31,827 bases of DNA, taken from the IMG/VR virus record IMGVR_UViG_3300020045_004367, positions 1 to 31,827 of that record; one strand, 5' to 3'. Shown piece by piece: positions 8,973 to 17,528 of the stretch; the first letter of the stretch is position 1; each line of letters starts with the position of its first letter. This stretch comes from a virus. Taxonomy: Duplodnaviria > Caudoviricetes. Below the pieces are notes generated by a model. That model was given only the letters and a program-made list of their open reading frames with translations, had not been told where the DNA came from and ran no database searches. The translations under genes were made by a program, and so were the position numbers.

Positions 8973-10952
8973 ATGGGAACATACGCAAAGGTTTTTGAAA
9001 CACTCTTAACATCACAGCGGGCCAGCGGAGTCACGCTATCGGGCGGGAAGGTGCATTTCTATGTTCCAGGTTCGGTAACGACTTACAAAGCCATTTATGC
9101 CGACAGGGGCAAGCAGACACCAGCCGCCAATCCTTACACGCTGAGCGCAGACGGCACAGCCTCAATTTACGGCGATGGGCTGTATGACGTGATCCTTAAG
9201 ACGGCAGCAGGCGCAACAGTGACAACGTGGGAAGACGTGTCATTAGTGGACATATCCGGCGATGAGACATCAATCGCCAACTATGCCGACCTTGCCGCCG
9301 CCGTAGCTGCTATCGGGTCAACAAAGACCACCATGGTTGTGAGTACGGACCAGGCTGTAACTGCTGATTTGACCGTCCCGTCAACTATGGCTCTGAAATT
9401 GGTCAACGAGGCCAAAATCACCGTATCATCTGGCAAGGTTCTGACCATCAACGGGCCGTTTGACGCTCCCGCAGTTCAGGCGTTCGCCGGAACAGGTACG
9501 GTGGTTTTCGGACAAGGGTCTACAGACAGAATCTATCCGCAATGGTGGGGGGCAAAAGGCGACGGAACAAATGACGATACATCGGCGGTACAATCCGCGT
9601 TAAATGCGGCTTTTGGGTCATTCATTACTTACTATGCCCCTGCCGGTGTGTATAAGATCACTGCAAGCATAACCCCTACGTTAGCAAATATGCGCGGGGC
9701 TTCCAACTCCCCCGGTGGTTCTATTATGTCTGGTGCGGGAATGGGGGCTACTCAATACCTCTACACTCCTACCTCTGGCATAGCGTTTAACTTTACGGTC
9801 AATCAAAACCACGTTGATTCTATATTGTGCCAGGACTTCGCAATTAGAATAAACGACCCGACCGGCGCATCATCGGCTAGTTGCATGAAGCTACCTCAAG
9901 GGGGCGGCCAGAGATTCCATCGGGTACATTTCGACGGGGCCGGGGCTACGGGTGGCATAGGGCTGGACCTTGACGGACTCTACAATAGCGGCCTTTACAG
10001 CTACCATGTCGTTGTTTCCGAGTGCCGATTTGCCAACGGCGCCGGTCAGAACACATGGATTAACGCTAACGGCGTGTTAGATTTGGTTATTGACAAGTGT
10101 TTCATGTCGGTACTCACCGGGGATTACGGTATTAGGGTGGATAATTGCCGTTCTGTATGTATCGAAAACAATCAGTTAGAAACATATCACAGCGTTGCTG
10201 TTATTCCGACTCAACATCTTATTTATGCAACTGACACATTTGTCATGGACGTGCGGGACAACTGGTTTGAAGGTGCGTCTCATGTGAGTTGCTTTCGTAT
10301 CGGGGCGGGATGCCGGGGTGTTCAGGTCAATAGATCGTATTACTATCACGACAATTCCGCTACAGGGTCTTTGATTTACAACGAATGCGACGAAAACGTT
10401 ACAGTAGACACGCTTGTTTACCAGAACGTGAGTAATGTAGAGGCACCTGTTGCAGCAGGAACAAGGCCGATACTTTACACACTATCATCTGACTCTATTG
10501 TATTTAGAGGTACTTACACACGGCTTTATGACAATGGTAAGCAACTTGGCGCACATTATGGATTCGACAACCAGCAGACTGTTTTAGCAAGTGCGGCACC
10601 TTCCATCGCAGCGGGTTTCTACCTTCCGTCACAAGGGCAGTACCTTGTATCTGTAACAGTAGAAAGCGCCGATGGGGTGAACAGGGCGGCGCAATCTTTT
10701 TATGTATCGTTGTTGGGGGCTGATCCTTACGCAGCAGAGATAATGCCGGTAGCAAATACCTACACCATAGTAATAACAACAGGAACACCGGATACTGGAG
10801 TGATTAGCAACGTACCTGTGCTTAATGCGATAGGCGCCAACAAACCTACCGCAATCAGCGTTGCTTATGTCGCCAACACTCAATTTTCCATTGGGGCAAC
10901 AGTACCAATAAATACCGATTGGACATTTAGATGTAAGGTCACTGCAATATAA
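8973..10952 (+). CDS. Tailspike / receptor-binding protein with pectate-lyase-like beta-helix
   Basis: N-terminal anchor (GGKVHFYVPGS...ANPYTLSADG.A.IYGDGLYDV), then WWGAKGDGTNDDTSAVQSALNA and YAPAGVYKIT (Pectate_lyase_3-type cap), followed by Asn/Cys-ladder repeats. Confidence 0.85.
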   Translation: MGTYAKVFETLLTSQRASGVTLSGGKVHFYVPGSVTTYKAIYADRGKQTPAANPYTLSADGTASIYGDGLYDVILKTAAGATVTTWEDVSLVDISGDETSIANYADLAAAVAAIGSTKTTMVVSTDQAVTADLTVPSTMALKLVNEAKITVSSGKVLTINGPFDAPAVQAFAGTGTVVFGQGSTDRIYPQWWGAKGDGTNDDTSAVQSALNAAFGSFITYYAPAGVYKITASITPTLANMRGASNSPGGSIMSGAGMGATQYLYTPTSGIAFNFTVNQNHVDSILCQDFAIRINDPTGASSASCMKLPQGGGQRFHRVHFDGAGATGGIGLDLDGLYNSGLYSYHVVVSECRFANGAGQNTWINANGVLDLVIDKCFMSVLTGDYGIRVDNCRSVCIENNQLETYHSVAVIPTQHLIYATDTFVMDVRDNWFEGASHVSCFRIGAGCRGVQVNRSYYYHDNSATGSLIYNECDENVTVDTLVYQNVSNVEAPVAAGTRPILYTLSSDSIVFRGTYTRLYDNGKQLGAHYGFDNQQTVLASAAPSIAAGFYLPSQGQYLVSVTVESADGVNRAAQSFYVSLLGADPYAAEIMPVANTYTIVITTGTPDTGVISNVPVLNAIGANKPTAISVAYVANTQFSIGATVPINTDWTFRCKVTAI

Positions 10953-10974
10953 ACTTTGGAAGGAGGATACCGCC

Positions 10975-11076
10975 ATGATGAGCAGAAAAGGGATGCAAAC
11001 AATTATGTCCAGCAGCAAGGCACCAAAAACAGCGCCAAAACCGAAAGCCAAGCCTGGAACAAAGAAGGGGAAATGA
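10975..11076 (+). CDS. Small Lys/Pro-rich basic peptide (33 aa)
   Basis: Not in the ORF track. AGGAGG RBS; MMSRKGMQTIMSSSKAPKTAPKPKAKPGTKKGK. Confidence 0.55.
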   Translation: MMSRKGMQTIMSSSKAPKTAPKPKAKPGTKKGK

Positions 11077-11077
11077 T

Positions 11078-11374
11078 ATGCAAACAACAGTGGCTCTTAC
11101 CGAGGCTTCATGGATTGCAAGTCCCGACCTCATAACACACGCAATCAGAGTGCTGTCAGGCACAGTCATCATGCTCGGTGGGGGCCTTGTTGGTACGCTC
11201 CTTTATATCTGGAACGGCACGAAAGCAGAGATTATATCCCTGAACACTAAAATAGACCGCATAGCTACGGGGCTTGAAGCACTGGCGTTGACAACGCAAT
11301 CCAAGCTTGCCGCCATAGAGGTCAGATGCGACGAACGCCATACGATGCGGCGCAGAATGACTGACGAGGGCTAA
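11078..11374 (+). CDS. Membrane protein, putative holin/lysis accessory
   Basis: One TM segment (VLSGTVIMLGGGLVGTLLYIW) plus a coiled coil; immediately upstream of the endolysin. Confidence 0.5.
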   Translation: MQTTVALTEASWIASPDLITHAIRVLSGTVIMLGGGLVGTLLYIWNGTKAEIISLNTKIDRIATGLEALALTTQSKLAAIEVRCDERHTMRRRMTDEG

Positions 11375-11376
11375 CT

Positions 11377-11931
11377 GTGAAAATTGATATAGAAAAGTTC
11401 CTCTTCCTCTATCAGCAACAGGAGTTCAAAACCATCAACGACCATCAACGGGCGGGGCTGGCTGATCTTCTCGGCTATTTCTCCAAAGACGCGGCTATGA
11501 ATGATCTACGATGGATTGCCTATTGTTTGGCAACCACGCTGCACGAGACAGCCGGAACATGGCTACCCATAGCAGAGTATGGCCGGGGCAAGGACAAGCC
11601 CTACAGCAAGCCAGCAGAGAACGGCAAGGTGTTTTACGGCAGGGGATACGTTCAGCTTACATGGGCAGACAACTACAAAACCATGTGTGACGTGTGTGGC
11701 GTTGACCTCTTCAACAATCCCGACCTTGCCATGCAGCCGGAGATTGCCTACCGGATCATGTCCTACGGTATGCGGCGGGGTAGTTTCACCGGAGTGGGGT
11801 TGAAACGCTACATCAACGATGAAAAGTGCGATTACCTACATGCCCGAAAGATCATCAACGGCATGGACAAGGCTGAATTGATTGCCGGTTATGCGGAGAA
11901 ATTTGAGGATATTTTGAAGGCAACCACATGA
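11377..11931 (+). CDS. Endolysin, glycoside hydrolase family 19 (lysozyme/chitinase-like)
   Basis: AYCLATTLHET, FYGRGYVQLTWADNY, NPDLAM and ARKIING motifs. Confidence 0.9.
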   Translation: MKIDIEKFLFLYQQQEFKTINDHQRAGLADLLGYFSKDAAMNDLRWIAYCLATTLHETAGTWLPIAEYGRGKDKPYSKPAENGKVFYGRGYVQLTWADNYKTMCDVCGVDLFNNPDLAMQPEIAYRIMSYGMRRGSFTGVGLKRYINDEKCDYLHARKIINGMDKAELIAGYAEKFEDILKATT

Positions 11932-12002
11932 ACCCCCTCGGCATATATCTCGGACTAATGACGTTCCTGATATTCGCCGCGCTGATTTACCAATTATTTT
12001 AA
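11928..12002 (+). CDS. Small hydrophobic peptide (24 aa)
   Basis: MNPLGIYLGLMTFLIFAALIYQLF; ATGA overlap with the endolysin stop. Confidence 0.45.
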   Translation: MNPLGIYLGLMTFLIFAALIYQLF

Positions 12003-12012
12003 CGGAGGCCAC

Positions 12013-12096
12013 ATGATCGACTGCCCGAAGTTCGGCCCTGTGAGTGACGATTACGACTGTGAAGGTTGCAGCCAGTGCATAAGGAGTAAGCGATGA
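12013..12096 (+). CDS. Small Cys-rich peptide (27 aa)
   Basis: GGAGG RBS; MIDCPKFGPVSDDYDCEGCSQCIRSKR; ATGA overlap with the next gene. Confidence 0.5.
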   Translation: MIDCPKFGPVSDDYDCEGCSQCIRSKR

Positions 12097-13877
12097 AAAA
12101 ACTGATTACCGGCTTTATACTTTCACTCCTGATTGTTTCACAATCCTGCGCTTTTGATCTATGGCAGGGCGCGGGGCTTGGCTTTGCAAACAGCATTGTC
12201 GGACTCCCCGGCGCTTCCGCGCAAACCGCCTTTCTGCCGTTTGATTCCTCGCTTGGAACCGCTACGTTTGTTCGTAATGGTGGCGCGGTAAATCCTGACA
12301 CTGGACTATGGGCGAACGAAAATCTCTGCCTGCAATCAGAAGTGGCTGGCACTACATGGACACAGACCAACGTAACCATCGCCGCTAACTCGATTGCCGC
12401 ACCGGACGGCAACATCACCGCTGATACGCTGACAGCCGCAGCCGATAACGCCACATGGGTGCAGACACCAACAGCAAACCAGCTCGTTGATAAAACGTGG
12501 TCGATCTATGTAAAGCGCAAGACCGGTACGGGGGCGATCAGCCTGTCTCTGGACGGAGGCAGTACATACACCGCTGTAACCGTCACCGCCGACTGGACGA
12601 GGGTATCTATCACACAGGCCATTGCCGCGCACTCGCTTGTGTTGAAGATATCCACTAATACTGATGCCGTCTACGTGTGGGGCAGTCAGCTACAGAGGGG
12701 GCCAATTGGCCCGTATCTCGCCACGACTACCGCCGCAAAATACGACCAGCCAAGATATGTTACCGGAAAAGACGGCACCGCTGCACACGCCCTATTAGTA
12801 GAGGAAAGCAGCACAAACCTTATTTTGCAGTCAAACACTTTCAATACCACTTGGATAAAAGACTCTACAAACACGCTTAATGCTGCAGACGCTTTTGGTA
12901 TCGCTAATAGCGCATGGACAATAGAAGATAGCAGTGCAGCGGCAGTACAAAGTTTTTATCAGCAAGTCACCGCAGGGAGTCTGACCGCAGGGCAAACCTA
13001 CACGTCATCCGTCTATGTTAAAAAAACGGTGGGAGCTACTACATATCCGTCATTCAATCTAGCCAGTGCATCATTCACAAGAGGCGGGGGATGCGTCATA
13101 GACACAAATAACGGGATAGCCGTAGCCCACGCAACCAGAACAGGGTCAACAATCGACCCGACCACAGTGTCGGTGGATACGGTCGGGGATTTTATCAGGG
13201 TTAAATTGTCGGTTACTGTTGGAGCTACCGGAATTTATTACGCCCAATTTATACCTGCTGGTATGTCGTCGGTGACAACTAGCGGTAATACGACTGCCTC
13301 ACTACTCGGATCGACTATTATACACGGTTTTCAAATTGGATTAATGCCATATGCTACGAGTTACATCCCCACAACCACAGCAGCAGTTACCAGAGCCGCT
13401 GAATACGCAACACAGGCAACAAGCGGGATTGTCACCCAGGATGCAACAGCAACCATTCAAGGATGGTGGAAACCGGAGGGTGTGGCTGCTGGTAAAACAC
13501 AGACTATCTGGTCAACGTATACCGGGGCGGCAGATTATACGAGACTGGTCTATTCCGGCACTGCCCTGGTATTTACCAAAGCCAAGACAGGGCAAGCGAC
13601 TGAAACGATATCACACACTGTAACCATCACCCCTAACACATGGTATCACGCAGCTGTAACCATAGCCGCTGACGGGACGGCTCTGATGTACCACAACGGG
13701 TCGCTTGTTGGCACGAACGGAACAACTACCGCCTTCAAGCCAGTTATCGCCACCAACATGCAGTACGGGGCATTTAACGGTACACTGCAAATCAACGGTT
13801 CGCTGGATTATTCCAGATTCTTCAATCGTGTGATGACTGCTTCCGAGATTGCACGGTACTACAATAAGGGGCTGTGA
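12093..13877 (+). CDS. Exported Thr-rich fibre-like protein with two tandem beta-sandwich repeats and a C-terminal LamG/concanavalin-A domain
   Basis: Signal peptide. Duplicated module (NLCLQS..TTW / NLILQS..TTW; SIYVK / SVYVK; PYLATTTAA / SYIPTTTAA). LamG signature NTWYHAAVT...MYHNG...GSLDYSRFFNRVMTASEI. Confidence 0.8.
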   Translation: MKKLITGFILSLLIVSQSCAFDLWQGAGLGFANSIVGLPGASAQTAFLPFDSSLGTATFVRNGGAVNPDTGLWANENLCLQSEVAGTTWTQTNVTIAANSIAAPDGNITADTLTAAADNATWVQTPTANQLVDKTWSIYVKRKTGTGAISLSLDGGSTYTAVTVTADWTRVSITQAIAAHSLVLKISTNTDAVYVWGSQLQRGPIGPYLATTTAAKYDQPRYVTGKDGTAAHALLVEESSTNLILQSNTFNTTWIKDSTNTLNAADAFGIANSAWTIEDSSAAAVQSFYQQVTAGSLTAGQTYTSSVYVKKTVGATTYPSFNLASASFTRGGGCVIDTNNGIAVAHATRTGSTIDPTTVSVDTVGDFIRVKLSVTVGATGIYYAQFIPAGMSSVTTSGNTTASLLGSTIIHGFQIGLMPYATSYIPTTTAAVTRAAEYATQATSGIVTQDATATIQGWWKPEGVAAGKTQTIWSTYTGAADYTRLVYSGTALVFTKAKTGQATETISHTVTITPNTWYHAAVTIAADGTALMYHNGSLVGTNGTTTAFKPVIATNMQYGAFNGTLQINGSLDYSRFFNRVMTASEIARYYNKGL

Positions 13878-13878
13878 C

Positions 13879-14259
13879 ATGAGATACATCATTCTGTTTC
13901 TTCTGCTGGCATTGCCGGTACAGGTAAGCGCCACCGATCTGGTTATCCGCACCAAGGCAGGCGTGACCATCAAACAGGCCGCTGTCGAACTTAAACAGTT
14001 CATCAAGAAGCACAATATGTTTGACGATGGGAGTCCATTAGGGAATATAGAAGACCTTATCGGGGACGTAATGACACCGCCGGTGAAGTCTACTGTAACA
14101 ACTCCAATCAATCGCTGGTACGTCCGAATCAGGATAACGGACCCGACAGATATCGCCGCTGTTACCCTAGCCCTGCCCAATGCAACCACTGTGCAATATG
14201 TGTGTGTTGATTGTGAGTACGAACTAGACCCAGGCGTTTGGGTAGGGGGGATACTATGA
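13879..14259 (+). CDS. Hypothetical exported protein
   Basis: Signal peptide MRYIILFLLLALPVQVSA; ATG 2 nt after the previous stop. Confidence 0.65.
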   Translation: MRYIILFLLLALPVQVSATDLVIRTKAGVTIKQAAVELKQFIKKHNMFDDGSPLGNIEDLIGDVMTPPVKSTVTTPINRWYVRIRITDPTDIAAVTLALPNATTVQYVCVDCEYELDPGVWVGGIL

Positions 14260-14480
14260 CACTAACCAGCCTATTACGATCAGATTCGCCGGAGTCAACC
14301 ACGCGGCTATGCTTCCTGCTGATTGTTCTATCCGTTATCGGGTGGGAGTGGTGGGCGGTTATCCACAATACGACTGTTCCCGGCCTGGTGGAGATATTGG
14401 GCTTTGCCGGGGTTACGCTTGGATGGAAACAGCTACAGGAGCGCAAGGGGGCAGCAAATGACGCTACGGGAACGCCTTAA
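14256..14480 (+). CDS. Putative 2-TM holin
   Basis: S(S/T)TRL motif, two hydrophobic segments and a charged C-terminus; ATGA overlap. Confidence 0.55.
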   Translation: MTLTSLLRSDSPESTTRLCFLLIVLSVIGWEWWAVIHNTTVPGLVEILGFAGVTLGWKQLQERKGAANDATGTP

Positions 14481-15066
14481 ATCATGGCCGTGGGGCAAGG
14501 TAGTCTTTTACGGGCTGGTTGCCGTTGCCGTCACCGTTGGGCTGATATGGGCTAAAAAGATGATATGGCCTGTGCGTCCCGTTGACACCGCCCCGCAAGT
14601 GCTGGCAGAAGCACCACAGGCGGCCAAAGTGGAGAGAATTTACATTCCCGGCCCTACGAAGATATTGATTTACGACAAGCGAGAGTTAGAGAACAAGATC
14701 CCCATACCTCCTGCCGTGTCGGGCAATCCCAATAATCAGTACACGGCTACTGCTCAGGTGCCTAGTTCGCCTTATGGAGGCACCGCTGTTGCGTTTATCA
14801 ATCGGTCAACAGGGGTATCCAACATAGCGTACACAGCTAAAAAACGCCCCCTGTTCGGTTTCGGTGGCACTGGCGGCGTTGGAGTCCGCGGAGGTGTTGG
14901 AGCAGGTAACGCAGGCACAGGGTACACAGGCGGAATTTACGTGCGCCAGCAGATCGTTAGAGTGGCAGACGTGCAGATTAGTGGAGTCGCAGAATTGAAT
15001 TTATCCACATACCAGAAACCGGAAAGTAAAGCTGTTGTCGAGGCGGAGTTGTGGTCGTGGAGGTGA
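14458..15066 (+). CDS. Membrane-anchored protein, possible unimolecular spanin-like
   Basis: N-terminal TM, Pro-rich linker and amphipathic beta-strand C-terminus ending in aromatic residues; near the end of the lysis region. Confidence 0.45.
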   Translation: MTLRERLKSWPWGKVVFYGLVAVAVTVGLIWAKKMIWPVRPVDTAPQVLAEAPQAAKVERIYIPGPTKILIYDKRELENKIPIPPAVSGNPNNQYTATAQVPSSPYGGTAVAFINRSTGVSNIAYTAKKRPLFGFGGTGGVGVRGGVGAGNAGTGYTGGIYVRQQIVRVADVQISGVAELNLSTYQKPESKAVVEAELWSWR

Positions 15067-15069
15067 CAC

Positions 15070-15150
15070 ATGGAAGTCACGTATTGGAGCATAACAGAGG
15101 AAGAGCTAACCGAAGTATGGTGGCTCTGTGATTTCGAGGGCCACGCCTGA
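15070..15150 (+). CDS. Small acidic peptide (26 aa)
   Basis: GGAGGTG RBS; MEVTYWSITEEELTEVWWLCDFEGHA. Confidence 0.35.
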   Translation: MEVTYWSITEEELTEVWWLCDFEGHA

Positions 15151-15383
15151 TTGTATACCGCCGTGTATACAGTTTGCTATGCATAGGTTATGTATAGTCT
15201 TATTCTTCCTGAAACAATCTGTAAACAACGCATACTGACATATACCCTTGAAATTGCTTATATCTTGTAACTAATCAATTTAATTGAATAAATAGCAAAT
15301 CAACTGGAATGAACGAAATAAACAATAACAATATCAGATAGTTGGGTACTCAAAATATGCCCGAAAATAGCCTTTGCACAAAT

Positions 15384-15428
15384 CTGGGGGTCTAGTGGTC
15401 GCAAGTTCAAATCTTGTCGCCCCGACCA
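15384..15428 (+). tRNA. 3' half of tRNA-Pro(GGG), attP core; not a complete tRNA
   Basis: CTGGGGG anticodon loop, TCTAG 3' anticodon stem, T-arm GCAAG-TTCAAAT-CTTGT and acceptor strand CGCCCCG-A-CCA. No matching 5' half upstream. Confidence 0.85.
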
Positions 15429-15434
15429 AAAATC

Positions 15435-15469
15435 AGCCACTTACGGGTTTTCCCGTAGGTGGCTTTTTT
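15435..15469 (+). terminator. Rho-independent terminator after the tRNA fragment
   Basis: AGCCACTTACGGG-TTTT-CCCGTAGGTGGCT stem followed by a T run. Confidence 0.85.
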
Positions 15470-15497
15470 GTTATGCATAGAATTGTGCATAGGCACT

Positions 15498-15683
15498 TTA
15501 TAGCCTTAATCCGTATTTAGATATTCGCTCTCTAATGCTAGACACAGGGCAGTTTGAACTTTTATGCGCTTCTGGTGGGGCGCACCGGCAAAGAGGGCAA
15601 TAGCCGTTCATGCTGTATTCTATCCTTTCCAGCACTCGTAAAATATCATAAGAACTCACAGCACGTTTTTCATATTCTTCCAT
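15498..15683 (-). CDS. Hypothetical small Cys/His protein
   Basis: GGAGGG RBS before ATG 15683 (MEEYEKR...); CPLC...H...C motif. Confidence 0.55.
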   Translation of the reverse strand: MEEYEKRAVSSYDILRVLERIEYSMNGYCPLCRCAPPEAHKSSNCPVSSIRERISKYGLRL

Positions 15684-15705
15684 GTTTGTACGCCCTCCGA
15701 TTAGA

Positions 15706-16908
15706 TTATTTAAAACTCGATAAGAAACTTTCGGCAAACTTATCTGTTGCCTTCCTGATATGTTCCCTTGAAATATGCCCGTACAAATCTTTCGTGATTG
15801 ATATGCTGGCGTGCTGTAGGATTTCCGACAGGGTGCTTAAATCGCCGCCCTCCAAACCACCAGTACCCATGAGGTAATGGCTGGCATAAGTATGACGGAG
15901 CGAGTGAAAACTAACGTCCGTGAACTCGCAAGCCTTGATTGTCTTATCCCATTCCGTTCTGAATCGTACCATTGTTTCCTGACCTGACTTATCAGGGAAC
16001 AGGTAACGAGACAGGGGGCGTTTCTTCCACTCTTTCAAAACCTCTATTAGATGCTCCGGTATATCCACAGTATGCGGTTTAGTGGATTTCATTTTGTGCC
16101 CTGGGATCTCGATCAACCTTTTCGACAGTCTCACCTCTGCCCAAGTCAGATTAAGCACGTTCGATTTACGAAGTCCGGTGTTTAGTGCAATCAATGTTGC
16201 CATTTTGACTTCCGGCGTGGTCGCTTTCTCAAGCAAAAGAGTAATTTCGCTCTCCGTCAAATATCGGGCTTTCTGAGACGATTTCTTCAATAAAGCAACT
16301 CTTGCTATGTCCATACTCTTTCCGCACAGTCTAGGGGATTCCTCCGCGCTCGTTCTGGCAACATGAAGCGAGTATATTCTTTTCAATGCCTTAATTTCGT
16401 GATTGATGGTTGACGGGGCAATATCTTCCTCTGTTCGGGCGGTGGCATAGTCCAGAACGTCAGCCTTGCGAATGGTCAACAGGGTTTTCTCTCCAAAGTA
16501 TTCCGTGAGGGGAACCATTTGCCATTTGTAGTAATCAGCGGAAGATTGTTTCAGCAGTCTTTGCTTGACGGCATCTGCCCACCACTTCGTGCAATCCTTG
16601 ACCGCCTGACTCCACGGTATGTCCTGTTCACCCTGTTCCTTCTTGGGCGGCTCCACCATGAACGTGCCGTTCTTGATCTTGACTTTGCACTCTGCCAGGT
16701 AATCTTCTGCGTCTCGTCTGCGGGGAGATACGGATTTAGTGTAGAGCTTGCCCTTGTACGTGAGTCTCACTTGCCAGTTCTCTGCTATGTATAGTTCACC
16801 ACTACACTTAGGACAGCAACCCTTGTGTTTACCTGATGTTGTGGCCGTTCTATATGCACAGGATTTGGTTTTGCAGAGCACGAACTTAAAGATAGATTTC
16901 TCATTCAT
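15706..16908 (-). CDS. int: Phage integrase, tyrosine recombinase
   Basis: TGLRKSNV (Arg I), K, FHSLRHTYAS (HxxR), ILQH and catalytic Tyr in DLYGH; SAM-like core-binding region (PSTINHEIKALK); close to attP. Confidence 0.95.
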   Translation of the reverse strand: MNEKSIFKFVLCKTKSCAYRTATTSGKHKGCCPKCSGELYIAENWQVRLTYKGKLYTKSVSPRRRDAEDYLAECKVKIKNGTFMVEPPKKEQGEQDIPWSQAVKDCTKWWADAVKQRLLKQSSADYYKWQMVPLTEYFGEKTLLTIRKADVLDYATARTEEDIAPSTINHEIKALKRIYSLHVARTSAEESPRLCGKSMDIARVALLKKSSQKARYLTESEITLLLEKATTPEVKMATLIALNTGLRKSNVLNLTWAEVRLSKRLIEIPGHKMKSTKPHTVDIPEHLIEVLKEWKKRPLSRYLFPDKSGQETMVRFRTEWDKTIKACEFTDVSFHSLRHTYASHYLMGTGGLEGGDLSTLSEILQHASISITKDLYGHISREHIRKATDKFAESFLSSFK

Positions 16909-16910
16909 GG

Positions 16911-17261
16911 CTATCTCCCCATGTGCTCCAGTAGTTGAGCAACGGCCTTTCGTTGTTCGTCCTGATAGCTACGGTATAATGACAATACCTTCGTCTCGTC
17001 TGCCGTTAGGTCGCCCCCCGAAGTTAAGAGGGCGGCAAGCTCCATCGCTCCTGCTTCTTTGACGGCGGCGGCTATCTCTGCCACAGGTGCGCCAAAGTGA
17101 AATGCAATAATCATAAACGTATAGGGTGCCGGCTCATGGCCGCGATTGAGGATTTTAGTAACTGTTTCCTCGGAAATTTGGCACTTGGTAGAGTCCCGCC
17201 AGTCCTTGACGTTGCGATACTTTGACATTTGGTACATGGCAATCAGTTTTTCCCGTAGCAT
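16911..17261 (-). CDS. Putative XRE-like HTH regulator
   Basis: ISEETVTKILNRGHEP HTH-like segment and a repressor-type C-terminus (LTADETKVLSLYRSYQDEQRKAV); GGAGG RBS. Confidence 0.6.
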   Translation of the reverse strand: MLREKLIAMYQMSKYRNVKDWRDSTKCQISEETVTKILNRGHEPAPYTFMIIAFHFGAPVAEIAAAVKEAGAMELAALLTSGGDLTADETKVLSLYRSYQDEQRKAVAQLLEHMGR

Positions 17262-17282
17262 AAACCCTCCTGTTGTTGGTTA

Positions 17283-17528
17283 TTATACTCCAATGCCTAA
17301 TGCCGCCTGAATCTGACTAAGTTTTCGGCTTTCACCACCCTGCACTCCAGCGCGGAAAACCTTGTTGGCAAAATCTATGGCTATCATAATTTGGGAATCA
17401 GTCATGGAGCCGGGGAAGGTGAATAACTTGCTTCCGTCGCAATCGTACAAATCAACATATTCGGGCAGAGTCCCTTCCATACGGCGGTCCAGTACAGCAT
17501 CCTGTTTGTGCAGATAAATGTCTTCCAT
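17283..17528 (-). CDS. Hypothetical protein
   Basis: 81-aa ORF with AGGAGG RBS; first gene of the int operon. Confidence 0.65.
   Translation of the reverse strand: MEDIYLHKQDAVLDRRMEGTLPEYVDLYDCDGSKLFTFPGSMTDSQIMIAIDFANKVFRAGVQGGESRKLSQIQAALGIGV

Larger units (their letters stand above)
15151..15493. other. attP region with putative integrase arm-type sites
   Basis: Non-coding AT-rich region next to the integrase operon 3' end. Direct repeats TATGCATAG/TATGTATAG (15178-15197) and TATGCATAG/TGTGCATAG (15472-15492) flank a tRNA fragment; a TGTATAC pair lies at 15152-15170. Confidence 0.8.

Noticed and set aside
8973-13877. Diversity-generating retroelement targeting the tailspike or LamG protein
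   Set aside because: No reverse transcriptase in the window, and no near-identical TR/VR pair differing at adenines was seen. The LamG protein repeats are divergent protein-level duplications.
220-14446. Many alternative-frame and minus-strand ORFs in the late region (e.g. 11999..12454, 13611..14189, 10629..11087)
   Set aside because: They are shadow ORFs overlapping well-supported, translationally coupled plus-strand genes and have no recognisable motifs.
15384-15428. Functional tRNA-Pro gene
   Set aside because: Only the anticodon loop to CCA is present. Upstream sequence cannot form the D-arm or the 5' acceptor strand, so it is an att core.
15706-16908. Integrase as an integron integrase (IntI)
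   Set aside because: No IntI-specific insertion between patch II and patch III; it has an arm-binding-like N-terminus and a tRNA-type attP nearby.
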